Below are positions 12,802 to 26,161 of a stretch of 64,000 nucleotides of DNA, piece by piece. A program made the position numbers and the translations under genes. The notes under the pieces are model-generated. The model made no database searches and was not told the origin of the DNA. It was given only the letters and a program-made list of their open reading frames with translations. The DNA is taken from NCBI RefSeq assembly GCF_020745735.1, contig NC_083409.1, forward strand, positions 13,453,259 to 13,517,258. Reading direction: 5' to 3'. This DNA is from Hemiscyllium ocellatum (Eukaryota). Numbering within the stretch: the stretch's first letter is position 1; each line of letters starts with the position of its first letter.

Positions 12802-14160
12802 CTACGATGAAACAAAGAAAGAAACAACGATCAGCTACTTCTAGCTAAGTCTCTGGATTCAATTCCACCACAGCCAAAGCAGTTTCTTTTTTAATTGAAA
12901 CAATTGTTTCAGTGATGGACATCTCAGCAAGCTCATCATCTCCTGTCTCAGTTCAATGGAAAATGGGATCAATACTGCAACACCTACTGTCCCTTGAACA
13001 GACTATCAGCTAATCTGACTTTACAATCTTGTTCTTTGACAGGTTGCAACAGGTTTTGCACAAGGGAGCGTGCAGACAGGACAAACTTCAATTATATTCA
13101 ACACAAGCAAAGGCAATTCAGTTCAAATGAGATGGGTTAATTGAGATCAGGCCTCAGGTCAGGATACAAAATAGTCAAGTTTGGAATTTCCAGAGACCAT
13201 CAAGATTGTACATTCAATTACTGAAGTTTGTCTCATGTTTCTTTCCGAATCAACACTTCTGGAGCCGGTAGGATTTATCCAGGCCTCTGGCTCAAAGTTG
13301 GAGACATGACCACAGCATCACAAGAGCACTTTGTTTTAGACTGAGTAACTTGTGGGATAATTTGCCCAATTATCTTACTAATCTGGAAGATACTGTTACC
13401 ATCCCAAAGGTGGGAAAAAAGCAAGGTATATAATGGGAGGTAAGATGTTATAACAGTCTCTATCACAAGGGACAAAGTATCTTCCAGCAGTTTTTTGCTC
13501 ATCCTTCGATAGTTTGAAATTCTCAAATTTTCTGGCCTACCACCACCTTTGCAGTTTTGTATATCTTTTCTTTCAATTTGATGTCACCCACAATTCCTTT
13601 AGCTATGCCCCGCTGTTGGCACCTTTTCATTGTACATTTCTTTTATAAATAAATGTACATTGTTGAGAATTATGAAATAACTGAATAGGTTCTTCTGCTT
13701 TAACATTCTAACCTCTCGTCCCATTCCCATTTAGCTCACTATTACTTTATACCCTTGTGACTGCCTTTAACTTTAGACACTAGTTCAAGAACCAAATTCC
13801 TTCACCTAAAGCTAAATTCTATTATGCTGCATTGAATCTTACCAAAAGGGTCTTTAATTTTGAACTCATTAATCAATCATATTACCAAGTCCCTGACTGG
13901 TTCAAGAACAAAATGTTTGAAGAAACTGTACAGAGCAGTCTACCTCAAATTGCTGCAGAAGGTAAGAGTGCACAATACTATTTTAACTAACAGAGTGCCT
14001 TCTGAATAACAGGATTCTGTTAGACCCCCAAAATTACTCTGACCATAGAATAGAATAGAATTCCTACAGTGTGGAAACAGGCCCTTCGAAGTCTGGTTGA
14101 AGATTTGTAGCTCAGGTGTCCGTTGTTGTGGTTCTGTTCGCCGAGCTGGAAGTTTTTGCT

Positions 14161-14200
14161 GCAAACGTTTCGTTCCCTTGCTAGGGAACATCATCAGTGC
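14161..14200 (-). ncRNA. Minimal hammerhead ribozyme motif (inverted copy)
   Basis: gcactgatgatgttccctagcaagggaacgaaacgtttgc. Confidence 0.8.
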
Positions 14201-15402
14201 TATTGGAGCCTCCTGTGAAGCGCTGCTTTGATGTTTCTTCCGGTATTTATAGTGGTTTGTTCTTGCCGCTTCCGGGTGTCAGTTTCAGCTGTAGTAGTTT
14301 GTATGTGGGGCGTTCTCTCTACTAACACGTCTAGGAATGGGAGTTGGCTATCCTTTTCCTCTTTTCTCGTGAATCGTATTCCTGTGAGTGTGGCATTGAT
14401 GATTCGGTGTGTTTTTTCTATTTCTGTGTTTTTGATGATTACAAATGTGTCATTGACGTATCTGATCCAGAGTTTGGGTTGGATTTGTGGTAGGGATGTA
14501 CGTTCTAACCTTTGCATAACCAACGGAGAATTCACCACAAGGGTACACAGGAAACCAACACACACAGACCAAGTCCTAAACTATGAAAGTAACCACCCCA
14601 ACACACACAAACGGAGCTGCACCAGGACACTATTCAAAAGAGCCACAACACACTGCAGTACACCAGAACTGCGAAAAGAGGAAGAGGAACACCTATACAA
14701 GGTATTCGCCAAAAACGGATACCCACGCAACTTTATCACCAGATGCCTAAGAGATAGACCACGGAATGAGGACATGCCACAATCAAAAGGACTAGCCACA
14801 CTACCATACGTCAGGAGCGTCTCAGAACTGACAGCCAGACTACTGCGACCCTTAGGACTCATAACAGCACACAAGCCAACTTCCACACTCAGACAACAAC
14901 TCACTAGAACGAAGGACCCAATAGCCAGCATGAGCCAAACTAACGTAGTTTACAAAATACCATGCAAGGACTGCACAAAAGACTATATAGGACAAACAGG
15001 AAGACAGCTAACAATCCGCATCCATGAACATCAGCTAGCCACAAAACGACACGACCAGCTATCCCTAGTAGCCATACACTCAGACAACCAGGAACATGAA
15101 TTTGACTGGGAAAACACTACCATCATAGGACAAGCCAGACAGAGAACAGCCAGGGAATTCCTAGAGGCATGGCATTCATCCACAAACTCCATTAACAGAC
15201 ACATAGACTTGGACCCCATATACAAACCACTACAGCTGAAACTGACACCCGGAAACGGCAAAAAGATCCATCAACAGACACATCAACCACGACCCCACAT
15301 ACAAACTACTACAGCTGAAACTGACACCCGGAAGCGGCAAGAACAAACCACTATAAATACCGGAAGAAACATCAAAGCAGCGCTTCACAGGAGGCTCCAA
15401 TA

Positions 15403-15442
15403 GCACTGATGATGTTCCCTAGCCAGGGAACGAAACGTTTGC
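15403..15442 (+). ncRNA. Minimal type I hammerhead ribozyme motif (PLE)
   Basis: GCA-CUGAUGA-U-GUUCCCU(agcc)AGGGAAC-GAAA-C-GUU-UGC: stem I GCA:UGC, 7-bp stem II, palindromic AAACGUUU in place of stem III. Confidence 0.8.
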
Positions 15443-15490
15443 AGCAAAAACTTCCAGTTCGGCGAACAGAACCACAACAACAGGCCCTTC

Positions 15491-15795
15491 GGCCCAACAA
15501 ATCCACATCAACCCTCTGAAGAGTATCCCAACCAAGCCTATCCCTTAACACTATTACTCAACATTTACCCCTGACTAATGCACCAAACCTGCACATCCCT
15601 GAACACTATTGGCAATTTAGCACGGCCAATTCACCTCACCTGCACATCTTTGGATTGTGGGAGAAAATCGGAGCACTCAGAGGAAACCCATGCAGATCCG
15701 GGAGAATGTGCAAACTCCACACGGACAGTCATCTGAGGCTGGAGTCACCTGGGTGCATGGCGCTGTGAGGCAGCAGTGTTAAACACTGAGCCACC
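15491..15795 (-). mobile_element. HE1/V-type SINE (its tail at 14045-14088 was separated by the PLE insertion)
   Basis: V-domain and tail; sequence is continuous across the TSD. Confidence 0.85.
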
Positions 15796-15958
15796 TCCTT
15801 TTTCCTAAAAGACTGAGTGCATTGATCCTGCCTCTCCTGATCACAGATAATAGCGAAAACATCCAAAACAGTGCATCGCATCAAGCAACAAGCCTTAGGT
15901 TATTAAGCCAAGAAGCTTAATATTATTGATCAGGTTTGGGACAGTGTAAAAATCTTAC

Positions 15959-16119
15959 CTGTCAGGTTCAGTTCTGGTTCGAAGTTGGTTCATGAAGTCT
16001 GAATGTTGCTGCCTCTGTTGGTCCAGCAGCACTGTCACTGGCACAGGAGCTGTTCCATGAGGTGGGTTTGTGGCAGTCAGAGATCCTGCTGCAACCTGCG
16101 CACATGCCAACTCAGTCAT
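15959..16119 (-). CDS. CEP350: CEP350-like exon (MTELA...DQQRQQHSDFMNQLRTRTEPD)
   Basis: gtttag|ATG acceptor and GACAG|gtaaga donor; 161 bp, phase 0 to 2. Confidence 0.88.
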
Positions 16120-16469
16120 CTAAACCAGCAAGAATTAGCACAGCACAGGTTAGAAGACAACTTGGATCACATCTTGCTTTTGAAATCAGAGGCCCCTACT
16201 CAACCCATCGCATGTGTGCCGCCTCTTTGGAATAGCTATTTGGCTAGACCCCTGCTCTCACAATATTGCAAGTAATTTATTTTTGCAAGTATTCAAATTA
16301 ATTCTGGAACTAATCCTGAATCAGCTGCCACCTCCTTTCCAGATGCTCCCAGCTCTTCTGTGAAACAGCAAAAACCAATGAGAACATCATTAAAATTGAA
16401 GCATCCAGTGTTAAAAAATTCACATGCTCCGTCATTGGGATATGATGGGCTTTTTTCATAATGCTGAGC

Positions 16470-18010
16470 AAAATCTTATTTGAGGCAAAAAGGAGAACTC
16501 TAAGAGAAAGGTGAACCACCCGTGGGTAACAAAGGCAGTCAAGGACAGTACCCACAAGGAAAAGAACGACACAGCAGCGGCGGACGAAAAAGGAAAAAAA
16601 AATTGATCATGAAATTAAACTGACAAGATACAAAAATGAATGGCAAAAGTTTCTCCAGGTATGTAAAAAGTGAGTAGCTAATGTGAGCATCGAACCCTTG
16701 GAGGTTCTGATTCGGGAATTGATAACGTATACAGGGAAAACAGCAGATAATTTAAACCAATATTTTACATTGCTCTTCATGGAGGAGAATACCGTTATCA
16801 TCCCAAAGATAGCAAAAAGCAAGGTATTCGTGGGAGGACAAATGCTACAACAGTCTTTGTCACAAAGGACAAAGTAATGACAAACTAATAGGATTAAAGG
16901 CAGACAGGACCTAATGGCCTGTATCAAACATTTTGTTAAGGCAACTGGCTGCAGAGATATTCAAGGCATCAATTGAATTATTCCCGAATCAGTGGATACA
17001 GGGAGCTTCCAGTGGATTGATGCGCCTGTTCAAGAAAGGAGGGAGACAGAAATCAGGAAAGTTAGTTTAATATCTGTTTTGGCAGAACAGCAGAGTTGAT
17101 TATTAAAGGAAGAAATAGCAGGACATTTGGAAAAGCTTATCATTAAACATGGTAGACTGGATTTTGTGAAAGGGAACTATATTTGACAAATTTGCTAGAG
17201 TTCATTAAGGAGATAAGAAGTAGGGCAGATAAAGGAGAATCTGATGATGTTCTGTATTTGGATTTTAAAAATGCATTTGATAAGGTGCTACATAAAAGTT
17301 AATTGCACAAGATAGGAGCTCACGACATCGGGGGTCATGTATTAGCATGGACTGAGGATTGGTTAACCACAATGGCTGTTGCTGAGACCTCACTTGGAGT
17401 ACTGTATACAATGTTTGCTCTCATATTTAAGAAAGGATAAACTAGCATTGGAGGCCACTCAAAAAAAGATTCATTTAGTTGCTTCGTGGATGAAAAGGTT
17501 GGTCTGTCAAGAATAGGTTAGGTCATTATTCAATAGAGTCTGGACAAATAACGGGTGATCTTATGGAAACAATGTTCTGAGGAGCTTGACAGGGGTTGGT
17601 GTTGACTAGATGTTCGAGTACCAGTGAAGTCTCAACCCAGGGGACATTACAGAAGGGAACATTCGTTTTTTAAAAAATAAAGATTTTTTTCTCTTTCAGT
17701 GAATGGCTGGGATTCTCTTGCCCAAAAAATTGTGACAGCTAAATGGGGTAGGGGAATGGGTCTGGTGGGTTACTCTTCGGAGGGTGGGTGTGGAATTGCT
17801 CAGCTGAAGCAATGATGCTATGATGCTGTATCAAATTATTTTAAAAGAGGGTAGATAGAATTTTGAAATATTAAGCAGTTGAGGGCTATGAGGATCAAGC
17901 ATAAAAGACAAGTTGAGGCCTGGGTTGGCCCAGCCATGATCTGATAGAATGGGGGAGCAAGCTCAAGGGAACGAATCCCTACTCCTGCTCCGATTCCTTG
18001 AGGCTCCATT
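16470..18010 (+). mobile_element. CR1 LINE fragments, heavily decayed
   Basis: Remnants of the DF..AFDKV RT region and the CR1 3' UTR. Confidence 0.75.
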
Positions 18011-18897
18011 TCATGCTTTCTTTTCTCCAAAGGGGAGCATGAGACAATGTGTTAAAAGATCTCAGACGTTGTGAAAAGGAGTGAAAATGGGGTGTTTATG
18101 TGTTGATTCCGATGGCATTAACCAATCAATCACAGCTATGCAGTCATGAATACGAAGGCAATTCCCTCCATGAATAAAGGAAACCTACTACAGAGCTCAT
18201 CTAACGGGAATTCTTACCTTCAGTAAACTCTTCCATCACATGACCCAAAATTGCACCCTCAGCTGTTTACTTATTTGTTCACTTCCAGACATGACTATCC
18301 CAATGTTCTCTTGACTGAACTTTCATCAACTTCAACATATTCAAAAGCTCCACTTACTGCACCCTCTTTCCAAGCCCCTTTTACCCACGATCCTTGTACT
18401 TGCTGATTCATGACTTGCCAACAGCTTCAGTATAAGAAGTCCTGTCCTTCCGGACATATTTTTCCTTTCTATCTCTGCAATTTCCTTCAATCCTCGAAAT
18501 TTTTGAAGTGTCTATGTTCCCCATTTTAGCATTTTCATTTTCACCACCCCAGCTCAGCACTGAAGCTTTCAGCTGCATGGTCATCAGCTATGCAACTCTG
18601 TCCTAACGCAGCTCAAATAGTAACATTTTCTTCCTTTCCAACATTCTATCTCACCTATTTCTTTGACCAAGCATTTGGTCATCTTTCTTAATATCATATG
18701 GTATGCTGTTAAGCTTTGCCCTGCTCTTCCTTGACAGTTTACTACATTCGAGGAATGAAATAATTTCAAACTGCAGTGACAATTAACTCAATGCAGCAAT
18801 TGTATGAGAGAAATTCCTTCCAAACTCCAGAAAGTACTGGCTCTTCAGCATGACTGGGGGAAAGGGCCATCTTGCCAAGTACACTAGAAGAAAGTAC

Positions 18898-19029
18898 CTC
18901 TGTGACCTGACGTGCTGTATCAGCCATCAGCCTTGCAAGTTCCACCTGCTGAGTGATCAATTTAGTTGTGGACTCTTGCAGCATCTCTTGGCGAACCTGT
19001 ACAAACTGCTGCAGACTTTCTGCACATGC
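18898..19029 (-). CDS. CEP350: CEP350-like exon (ACAESLQQFVQ...ARQVTE)
   Basis: tctcag|GCA acceptor and GAG|gtactt donor; 132 bp. Confidence 0.9.
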
Positions 19030-19619
19030 CTGAGAACACAAAGAGAGGTTTTCACGTCCAGCAATTGATAATTCAGATACTTTAATCAAGAGACAAAGCA
19101 CTATTAAAATGCAATGTGAAATTGACTTATGATCCAGTAAGCACACTGCTCACATGTTTCATCATGCAACTTTAGCTCACTGACACGGCTTCTGTTTTAC
19201 AATCAAGCTTTTAAGCCTTTCCCTCTCCTCCAACGTCACATATAAGCACAGTAACCTAGTCATAGTGTGATTTTGTTTTTTTGATTTCCAGTATTTGCAG
19301 TTCTTTGGTTTTTTTTTAATTTAACCTGGTCATGGTATTGCGAGATTGTTTCCATGATGGGGAGATGTATTCAACCTTAAAACTAAAAACCAGACCATGC
19401 AGAACTGAAAAATCAGGAATTAATTATTTAATTCATTCTCAGGATGTAGATATCCCTGACACTGACTGTCCAACCATAACTGGCATTAAAAGGTGAAAGT
19501 TAGTGATCTTCTTAAACCACGGCAACCCATGTGGCTGCAAGATACTCCCAATGTATGTCAGACCATTGTAGGCAGCAAAGGAAGAGCAACATAATTCAAT
19601 GTCATAACTATATGCGGCA

Positions 19620-20075
19620 TTCCCAGGCACTGGAATGGAGGCCTTGCTTTATGAAGAAAGCTTGAATAAGCTTGTATGCTTCTCTCTGGAGAGAAGGACG
19701 AAGAGAGAATACCTGATCGAGGCATAAAGAGAGGAGTAGATAGAGTCAATAGCCAGAGACTTTTCCCCAGGGCAGGATTGACTGGTGCGAGAAGCCATAG
19801 TTTGAAGATATTAGGAGGAAAGTACAAAGGAAATGTCAGAGGTAGGTTCTTTACGCAGAGAGTTTTAAATGCATGGAATGCTTGCCAGCTGTGGTGGTGG
19901 AAGCAGAGTCATTGGGGATACTTAAGCGACTGCTGGCCATGCACATGGATAGCAGTGAGTTGAGGGGGTGCGCAGGTTAAGTTACTGTATTTTACATTAG
20001 GATTCAATCTCTGCACAACATCTTGGGCAAAAGGGCCTGTTCTCTGCTGTACTTTTCTATGTTCTATGTTCTATA
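19620..20075 (+). mobile_element. CR1 3' fragment
   Basis: RGRFFTQRVLNAWN peptide and (ctatgtt)n tail. Confidence 0.85.
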
Positions 20076-22304
20076 TTTGCTGCCCTGTTCTTCCAGACAG
20101 GATAGGTCATGAGTCCAGATCTGTCAAAGGAGCCTTCAGTGAGGTATTGCAGAGCATCTTGTAGATGGTGCACCTTGTTGCTACCGCATACTGATGACAG
20201 AGGGAATAGGCACTTAAGGGGGTGGACATGATTCAAATCATGCTGATGTTTTGTAATGGATGATGTTGAGCTTCCTGAGTATCACGAGAACTGCACTCCT
20301 CCAGGTCAGTGGGAAATATTCCATCATAATGCTTTCCTAGACCTGTTCATCTCTCAGCTCCATTTCCTCCTTTAAACACTCCTTAAAATCCAACTTCACC
20401 AAAATTTTGAATATCTTGCATGACATAAACTTTTCCATTTGATGCTTTTTTGAAATATTTTGAGATACTTTATTATTTTAAATGCTTTTTTCCAGCAAAT
20501 TGCTGTGATGAGATGATACTTTTATTTTGCATGTGTTTTGAGGGATAAGGCTGATGAAAAGCGAAAGGGCTTTTCGGCAAAAACAAATTTAAACTCAGTT
20601 GGATAAGAGAATGAAGAGGCTGATTGTTCTACTCTTGTTCCTATATCCCAATGACAAGTTGTGAATATGCATTCCACAATTCTGGTGATCTCGTGGTAGG
20701 CCATTGCTTGCTAGCATGGTCCTCAACTGAGGAACAATTCAAAAAAAGCTGCAGTCTATTTTTATTGCCATGATCGTAATTGGTCAAGTGGATACTCCTT
20801 ACCCTCATGGTTCTACTCTCTCTGTGTGGGTTCTATCAAAGAAATCGCAAATATGGCATCAGAGGCAGTTCTGCGCTGTGTTCCTCAGATGGGGACAATC
20901 TGAAGCAAAAACTGCCGTTTAAAGAAGCTAACGTTTTCACGGTGTCATTGACATCTTCAGGTCATTGCAAAGTCCTTCTCAGCCAATGGAGTTCTTTCAA
21001 AATATCGTCACGCTGTCCAAGAAGGGCCTTTTGACAAGCTCCTAAAAAGACAGCATCTACAATGGTGAGGAATTCATATTGAGCAGGATAACAGGAGAGC
21101 TCTCTTAGACTTCTTCAAGTATTAAAATGGATCTTCTCTATCCACTGGAATAGAAGATGGGAACTTGCTTTAACGTCTTGCCTGAAAGTGTCATCTCTAA
21201 GAATGCAGCAGTCCTGCTCTAGATTGAGTGCGTATGGTCGGCTTCCATTCAAGTCGAAGCATGGGGCTTGAAACAAAAACGTTTTCATTCAGAGGCAGTT
21301 GCATTCACAATGAGATGAACTGACATTTGTATCACACCTTTATACTATAACATCCCATGGACGTTGACAGGAACATGATTACAAAATATGACAAGTAGCC
21401 ACATAAGAAGTGCTCAGATAAAACATAGTTTTTAAGGAGCTTCTTGAAGAAAGACAGAGACACATTCAGGTTCAGTAAACAAATGTCAGTGCCTGGATGG
21501 TCAATAGTTGAAGGAGCCACTGTCAATCAGACACTAAAATAGACTGCAGCCTTTTTTTGAATTGTTCTTGGGTTGAGGGCTATGCCAGCAAGCAGGCCTT
21601 TATGGCCCACCTCGAGATCACCAGAATTACAGAATGCAAATTCACGACTTGTCATTAAGGCATTAAAACACAGGAGCAAGCTTGCACAAGTAACTAAGAA
21701 CAATAGCAAGGATTATTTTGATTAAGATTTCTGACTCTTAAGATACAGAATTCCAAGAGGTAAAAACACAGGAACCTGCAACCTTCCAAACTTACTCACC
21801 CAAATCAAAGTCAGCATGACCTCCCTTTGTCCCATTCCTGTAACCTGCTCCAGCCCTATAACCTCCCTCATCATCTACATTCCTGATGTCATCTTGTTCA
21901 ACCCCACTCCATCAAGTTGTGTGTCTCAGTCTTTAGAATTCACTCCTTAAGGTCTTACAATCTGTCCAGGTTTTCTAAAGAATCTCTGAAATGTTAACTC
22001 TTCTTTCTTCCCACAGATGCTGTTGAGTGTCACCAGCAAACTATGTTTTTGCTTCTAAAACTGTACCTTCTCCTGTCCCCATGGTCTGGGCCTGTCATTG
22101 ATTTTCATGATGACATCTTCATAATGTGCTTTTGTTGAGTGGGGCAGTTTACCGGTGGAACAGAACAGGGCAGGGGTGGGAAGAGGTTTGGCTTCAATGT
22201 TAAAGGCACTTTATAATTATAATTTGTTTATTCTTATTGCACGGTGAGAAGCAGTCAACACTGAATTATTTGCATTTCCAGACACCTGTTACATGTTCAA
22301 GTAC

Positions 22305-22415
22305 CTGTACAGCTTTCTGTCTGGCCTCCTCTAGCTGCCTCTGACTTGCAGCAGCTTCCTGCTCGGCCTTCAGCTTCAGCAGGGCTATGTCGTGCTCATG
22401 GCTCAGCTGTTGGGC
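22305..22415 (-). CDS. CEP350: CEP350-like exon (AQQLSHEHDIALLKLKAEQEAAASQRQLEEARQKAVQ)
   Basis: gtccag|GCC acceptor and CAG|gtactt donor; 111 bp, phase 0 to 0. Confidence 0.92.
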
Positions 22416-22956
22416 CTGGACACAAACAAAGATTAAATAGGAACCATCACTCTAGATTCCACTGCTCTGCTCTGTGAAAAACTGGTATTTAAATTTGCAG
22501 TGTCCAGAGAGAGAGAGAGTAACAATTGAAATGCAAAGGCATCAAAATCTTAAGAGTAACAAATGACAAGATTTTAATCAATTAATTTTAATATTGCAAC
22601 TTTATAAATAAAAAAAATTTTCTCATAAATCTCATCATAATGGCTCAAATTTTAGAAAGCTGAAATTTCTTGAAAACTTGGCAAGTTTGCCCTGCTTCTA
22701 TCAGTCAACTTGGAAAGTGCAGTCATGCGCAGGTTCGATGCTAATATCTGCACATTTAAGATTAGGCATTGTCCTAAATCACAACCCAAGGGTAAGTAAA
22801 TTTAATCTCTAGTTTTGGAATAATCTTTGTTTTGCCTGATTTAACTGAAGAACGTTGCTCAGAATGTTGCCTGGTTTGGAAAACGAGCGCAGCCATTATC
22901 ACTTAAGACAATTTCACAAAACCATTTCTGAAGGAGCACAAGGCATAGACCTGTAC

Positions 22957-23120
22957 CTTTAGGATCTGAGCCAATGACACAGTCTCTTGTTGAGCAAAGG
23001 CTATTCCCCGGGTCATGTCTATCTCCGATAGCTGACGGATGGACTCTTCCATAGCATCCAAGTAAGTGTGTTGAGCAGTCATGTGGTGTTGGATACTTGG
23101 TGGGGAGCTGAGCATCGAGG
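22957..23120 (-). CDS. CEP350: CEP350-like exon (..YLDAMEESIRQLSEIDMTRGIAFAQQETVSLAQILK)
   Basis: ttgcag|CC acceptor and AAG|gtacag donor; 164 bp, phase 1 to 0. Confidence 0.92.
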
Positions 23121-23329
23121 CTGCAATAACCAAAGTGAAAAGTGTAATTCCAACTTTTACAATTAGTTCAATAATGCATTGGGATCATAGGGTTAACTGC
23201 ACGCCTCTCCAGGATTCAAAACAAGTTCGGGAACTGCGTAAAAAAATGACAAGGGGCAAGACATTGAAATTTTCATGAGATTCACAGGATAAAACAAATA
23301 GCAAAGCGTGCGGAAAATCCAAACCCAAT

Positions 23330-23790
23330 CATTGTATTTGGGTCCTGGTGAATGATCAGGAATGCAACAAAGGTTCACCAGACTTGTTTCTAGGACATTC
23401 TCATGGAGAGAGATTGGGAAAACTGGACCTGCATTCTCCAGCATTTTGAATTGATTTCATTGAAATCTACAAAATACTTAAAGGGTAGATGTAGGTAATG
23501 TTTCCCCCGTTGGGGAGTCTAGGACTGGTGGGACAACTTATAAGTGAGACCATGTCATAAGTCTGAGCTGATGATAATTCTGTTGTTACTTCAGGGTCAT
23601 GAATCTTTTGGAGTTCACTGCCACAGAGAGTTGTGAAAGCATAGTCATCAATTATGTTTTATGTAAAAATTGACGGATTTGATTTCCAACAGTGTATGGG
23701 GTGATGGGAACAGGGTGGCTAAAACGATACAGAAGCACTGATCAGCCATGATTGTACTGAATGACAGGGGATGGCTCAACAGGCCGAATA
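23330..23790 (+). mobile_element. CR1 3' fragment, decayed
   Basis: CR1 C-terminal remnants and 3' UTR (aggccgaatagcctacttct). Confidence 0.65.
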
Positions 23791-24020
23791 GCCTACTTCT
23801 GCTTAATGTTCCTCAGACAGGATCCGACCACTTGAATGGAAAAGCACCTGCTTCCACGTCACGTGGCACCTCACCATTTCATCCAGTCATCACTATGCCT
23901 GTCACTTCAACTTGGTTGTCTACTTACTCAGGGTTTTATTTTTTTTTTAAACTACTCCAATGGAGACGGTTGGGACAAACCAATGACAGTTACAGAAAAC
24001 ATGATTCCAAGAGTTCCAAC

Positions 24021-24226
24021 CTGCAGCAGAGGATGTGGAGGGCCAGGCTGCAGTAACACTGATGTCGGCTAGAGAAGGTGAAGGTGTGGAGGTAGTAGCA
24101 CGCAGCCTTGTCCCCTCTCTGGATGTTATCACTGCGTCATTCTGAAAAGGGCTCTGAGACATGGAACTCACAGTGGAATGGAACAATGAAGAGCTTGTGC
24201 TTTTCTTTGATGACTTCCCGTGAGCA
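24021..24226 (-). CDS. CEP350: CEP350-like Ser/Thr-rich exon (AHGKSSKKSTSSS...)
   Basis: tttcag|TG acceptor and GCAG|gttgga donor; 206 bp, phase 2 to 1, compatible with both neighbours; only weak similarity to the corresponding CEP350 exon. Confidence 0.6.
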
Positions 24227-24984
24227 CTGAAAGCACAAAATTTACACAATCACAAATGTTGACAACTGCCAAAATGAGACATCACTTAAACCATTTAACA
24301 CTGCAGATTTCATGCCATCAAGTATCTGTTTGCTGAAGCTCTGCTTTAAACAATCTGTTGGACTCGGTCGGCATTAGGGATAAACAGAGTCGAAAAGTGT
24401 GGCACTGGAAAAGCACAGCATGTCAGGCAGCATCCAAAGAGGAGACTCCATGATTCCGGCACAAGCCCTTCATGAGGATAAACAGTCATCCTTACTGGAT
24501 GGGCCCATGTTCCCTCTACTATTCCCAAAAGCCAATCTTCTACAACACCATTCCCACTCTTAAATTTAAACAACAATGTACTGACTGGACACAGCAGCCT
24601 AAAGGCTGATTAACCTGCCAAACCTGACAACCCAGACAACAGCTTCGCAACATACTTGCCAAGGCCTAAAAGGCCCTTTGGGTTTACCAATCCATTTGAG
24701 TCATCAAGAGGATTCATCAGTGACTACCATCACACTAGCCACCGTATGGTTGGTAGCTCTCTGGGATACCAGAGGAAAAATAAAGGACAACGACATCACA
24801 TGCACATCAGCAGACAGCACACAATTATACAAGATATGAAGAGTTTCCAAAATCACATACACTAAATAAAGCAAATGCTCACTGATGACAATTTCCCCTT
24901 GATGAAGTCCAAAAAATGCCAAGAACCCAACTTCTATGAGCAGCAAGGAGAATTCACCCCAGCTCAACATATGTTGGACTATCC

Positions 24985-25170
24985 CGTGCAGGAGAAAATG
25001 AGGACTTCAGATGCTGGAGATCAGAGCTGCAAAATGTGTTGCTGGAAAAGTGCAGCAGGTCAGGCAGCATCAAAGGAGCAGGAGAATCGACGTTTCGGGC
25101 ATAAGCCTGAAGAAGTGCTAATGCTCGAAACGTCAATTCTCCTGCTCCTTTGATGCTGCCTGACCTATCC
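24985..25170. mobile_element. Head-to-head PLE terminal-repeat remnant
   Basis: Same family as 8211-8402 in inverted arrangement. Confidence 0.8.
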
Positions 25171-26161
25171 AGTGTAGGCTTACTAAAATATACTGAGTAT
25201 CTGGATTATGTACGTGGTACTAATACCACTCGGCCATCGCCTCCCCTTGAAATGAAACTGTAACTTTATTAATTTGGTGACTTCCATAACTTCACTTTGT
25301 ATTTTCCATCTACTTACTGTCTCTTCCACCAGTAGAAGCAGTTCTTCCAACATCCTGACCAGGTTTGAGGTCTCCTCTGAACCACTATTCAATCAAAATG
25401 ATCAGCAATTTATCGAATCTCTCTTGATTACTATAATCAGCGAATGTCAAGTTAACACTTTCTGGTTCCTGTGCACAGCCTTGAAGTCCTTCCTGAATTA
25501 GTGTTCCCAATACTGGGGACAACATTCTAACTGTAGCTTAACCAGTAATTTGTGATGGTTTAACATCATTCATTTTTGTACTCCAGTCCCAATTTATAAA
25601 AGCTTAATGGCTCTGATGAACTGATGATGATCTAAATACTGCACAAGGCTGAGCTTCACTAACATATCTCCATTAATAGTTGGTTTCACAGAGCAGTGAG
25701 CATTGAATAAAAAACAAATAGAATCAACTAAGGTGGGCTACACGGCAAAGGATTCTTGTAACCACGTTTTATTATTATTATTCCATATTTGAAATTGTGC
25801 CCATGTTTCAGGTTACTGGCAGACCCCAGTTTACAAATGGTTTCTGTTCTAGAGTGCATCTGCAAGTCAATTGGTGCACAAGTTGTAACACACTGTAAAA
25901 AGTCATAAGCACAGAAAATGTTTGTGTGCAAGATCTTTAAAATTACACCCTCGGATGAGATTACGTGTGAAAGAACAAGCATTCTGAAGCCTGGGATCCT
26001 CTATGTATCTATCCTGCCACTGTTGACTCTGTTGTGATTTGAGTGTCAGAAGAGTGCAACTATAAGCTGTCAAGCAGGTATTGGTTGTTTCTAATATATG
26101 CACAGCTTCAGGAATTGATAACAGAAAGTGACCGACAGAAGGTACATACGCCTGGTCATAC

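Larger units (their letters stand above)
14089..15478 (+). mobile_element. Penelope-like element (RT C-terminus + GIY-YIG) with inverted 5' part
   Basis: VVYKIPCKDC..YIGQTGR GIY-YIG motif; WIRYVNDTF and LPFLDV RT motifs on the minus strand; 13-bp TSD aacaggcccttcg at 14076-14088 and 15479-15491. Confidence 0.95.

Noticed and set aside
14228-15403. 391-aa ORF as an intact protein
   Set aside because: Its first ~95 codons are the antisense of inverted PLE sequence; only the remainder is real RT/GIY-YIG.
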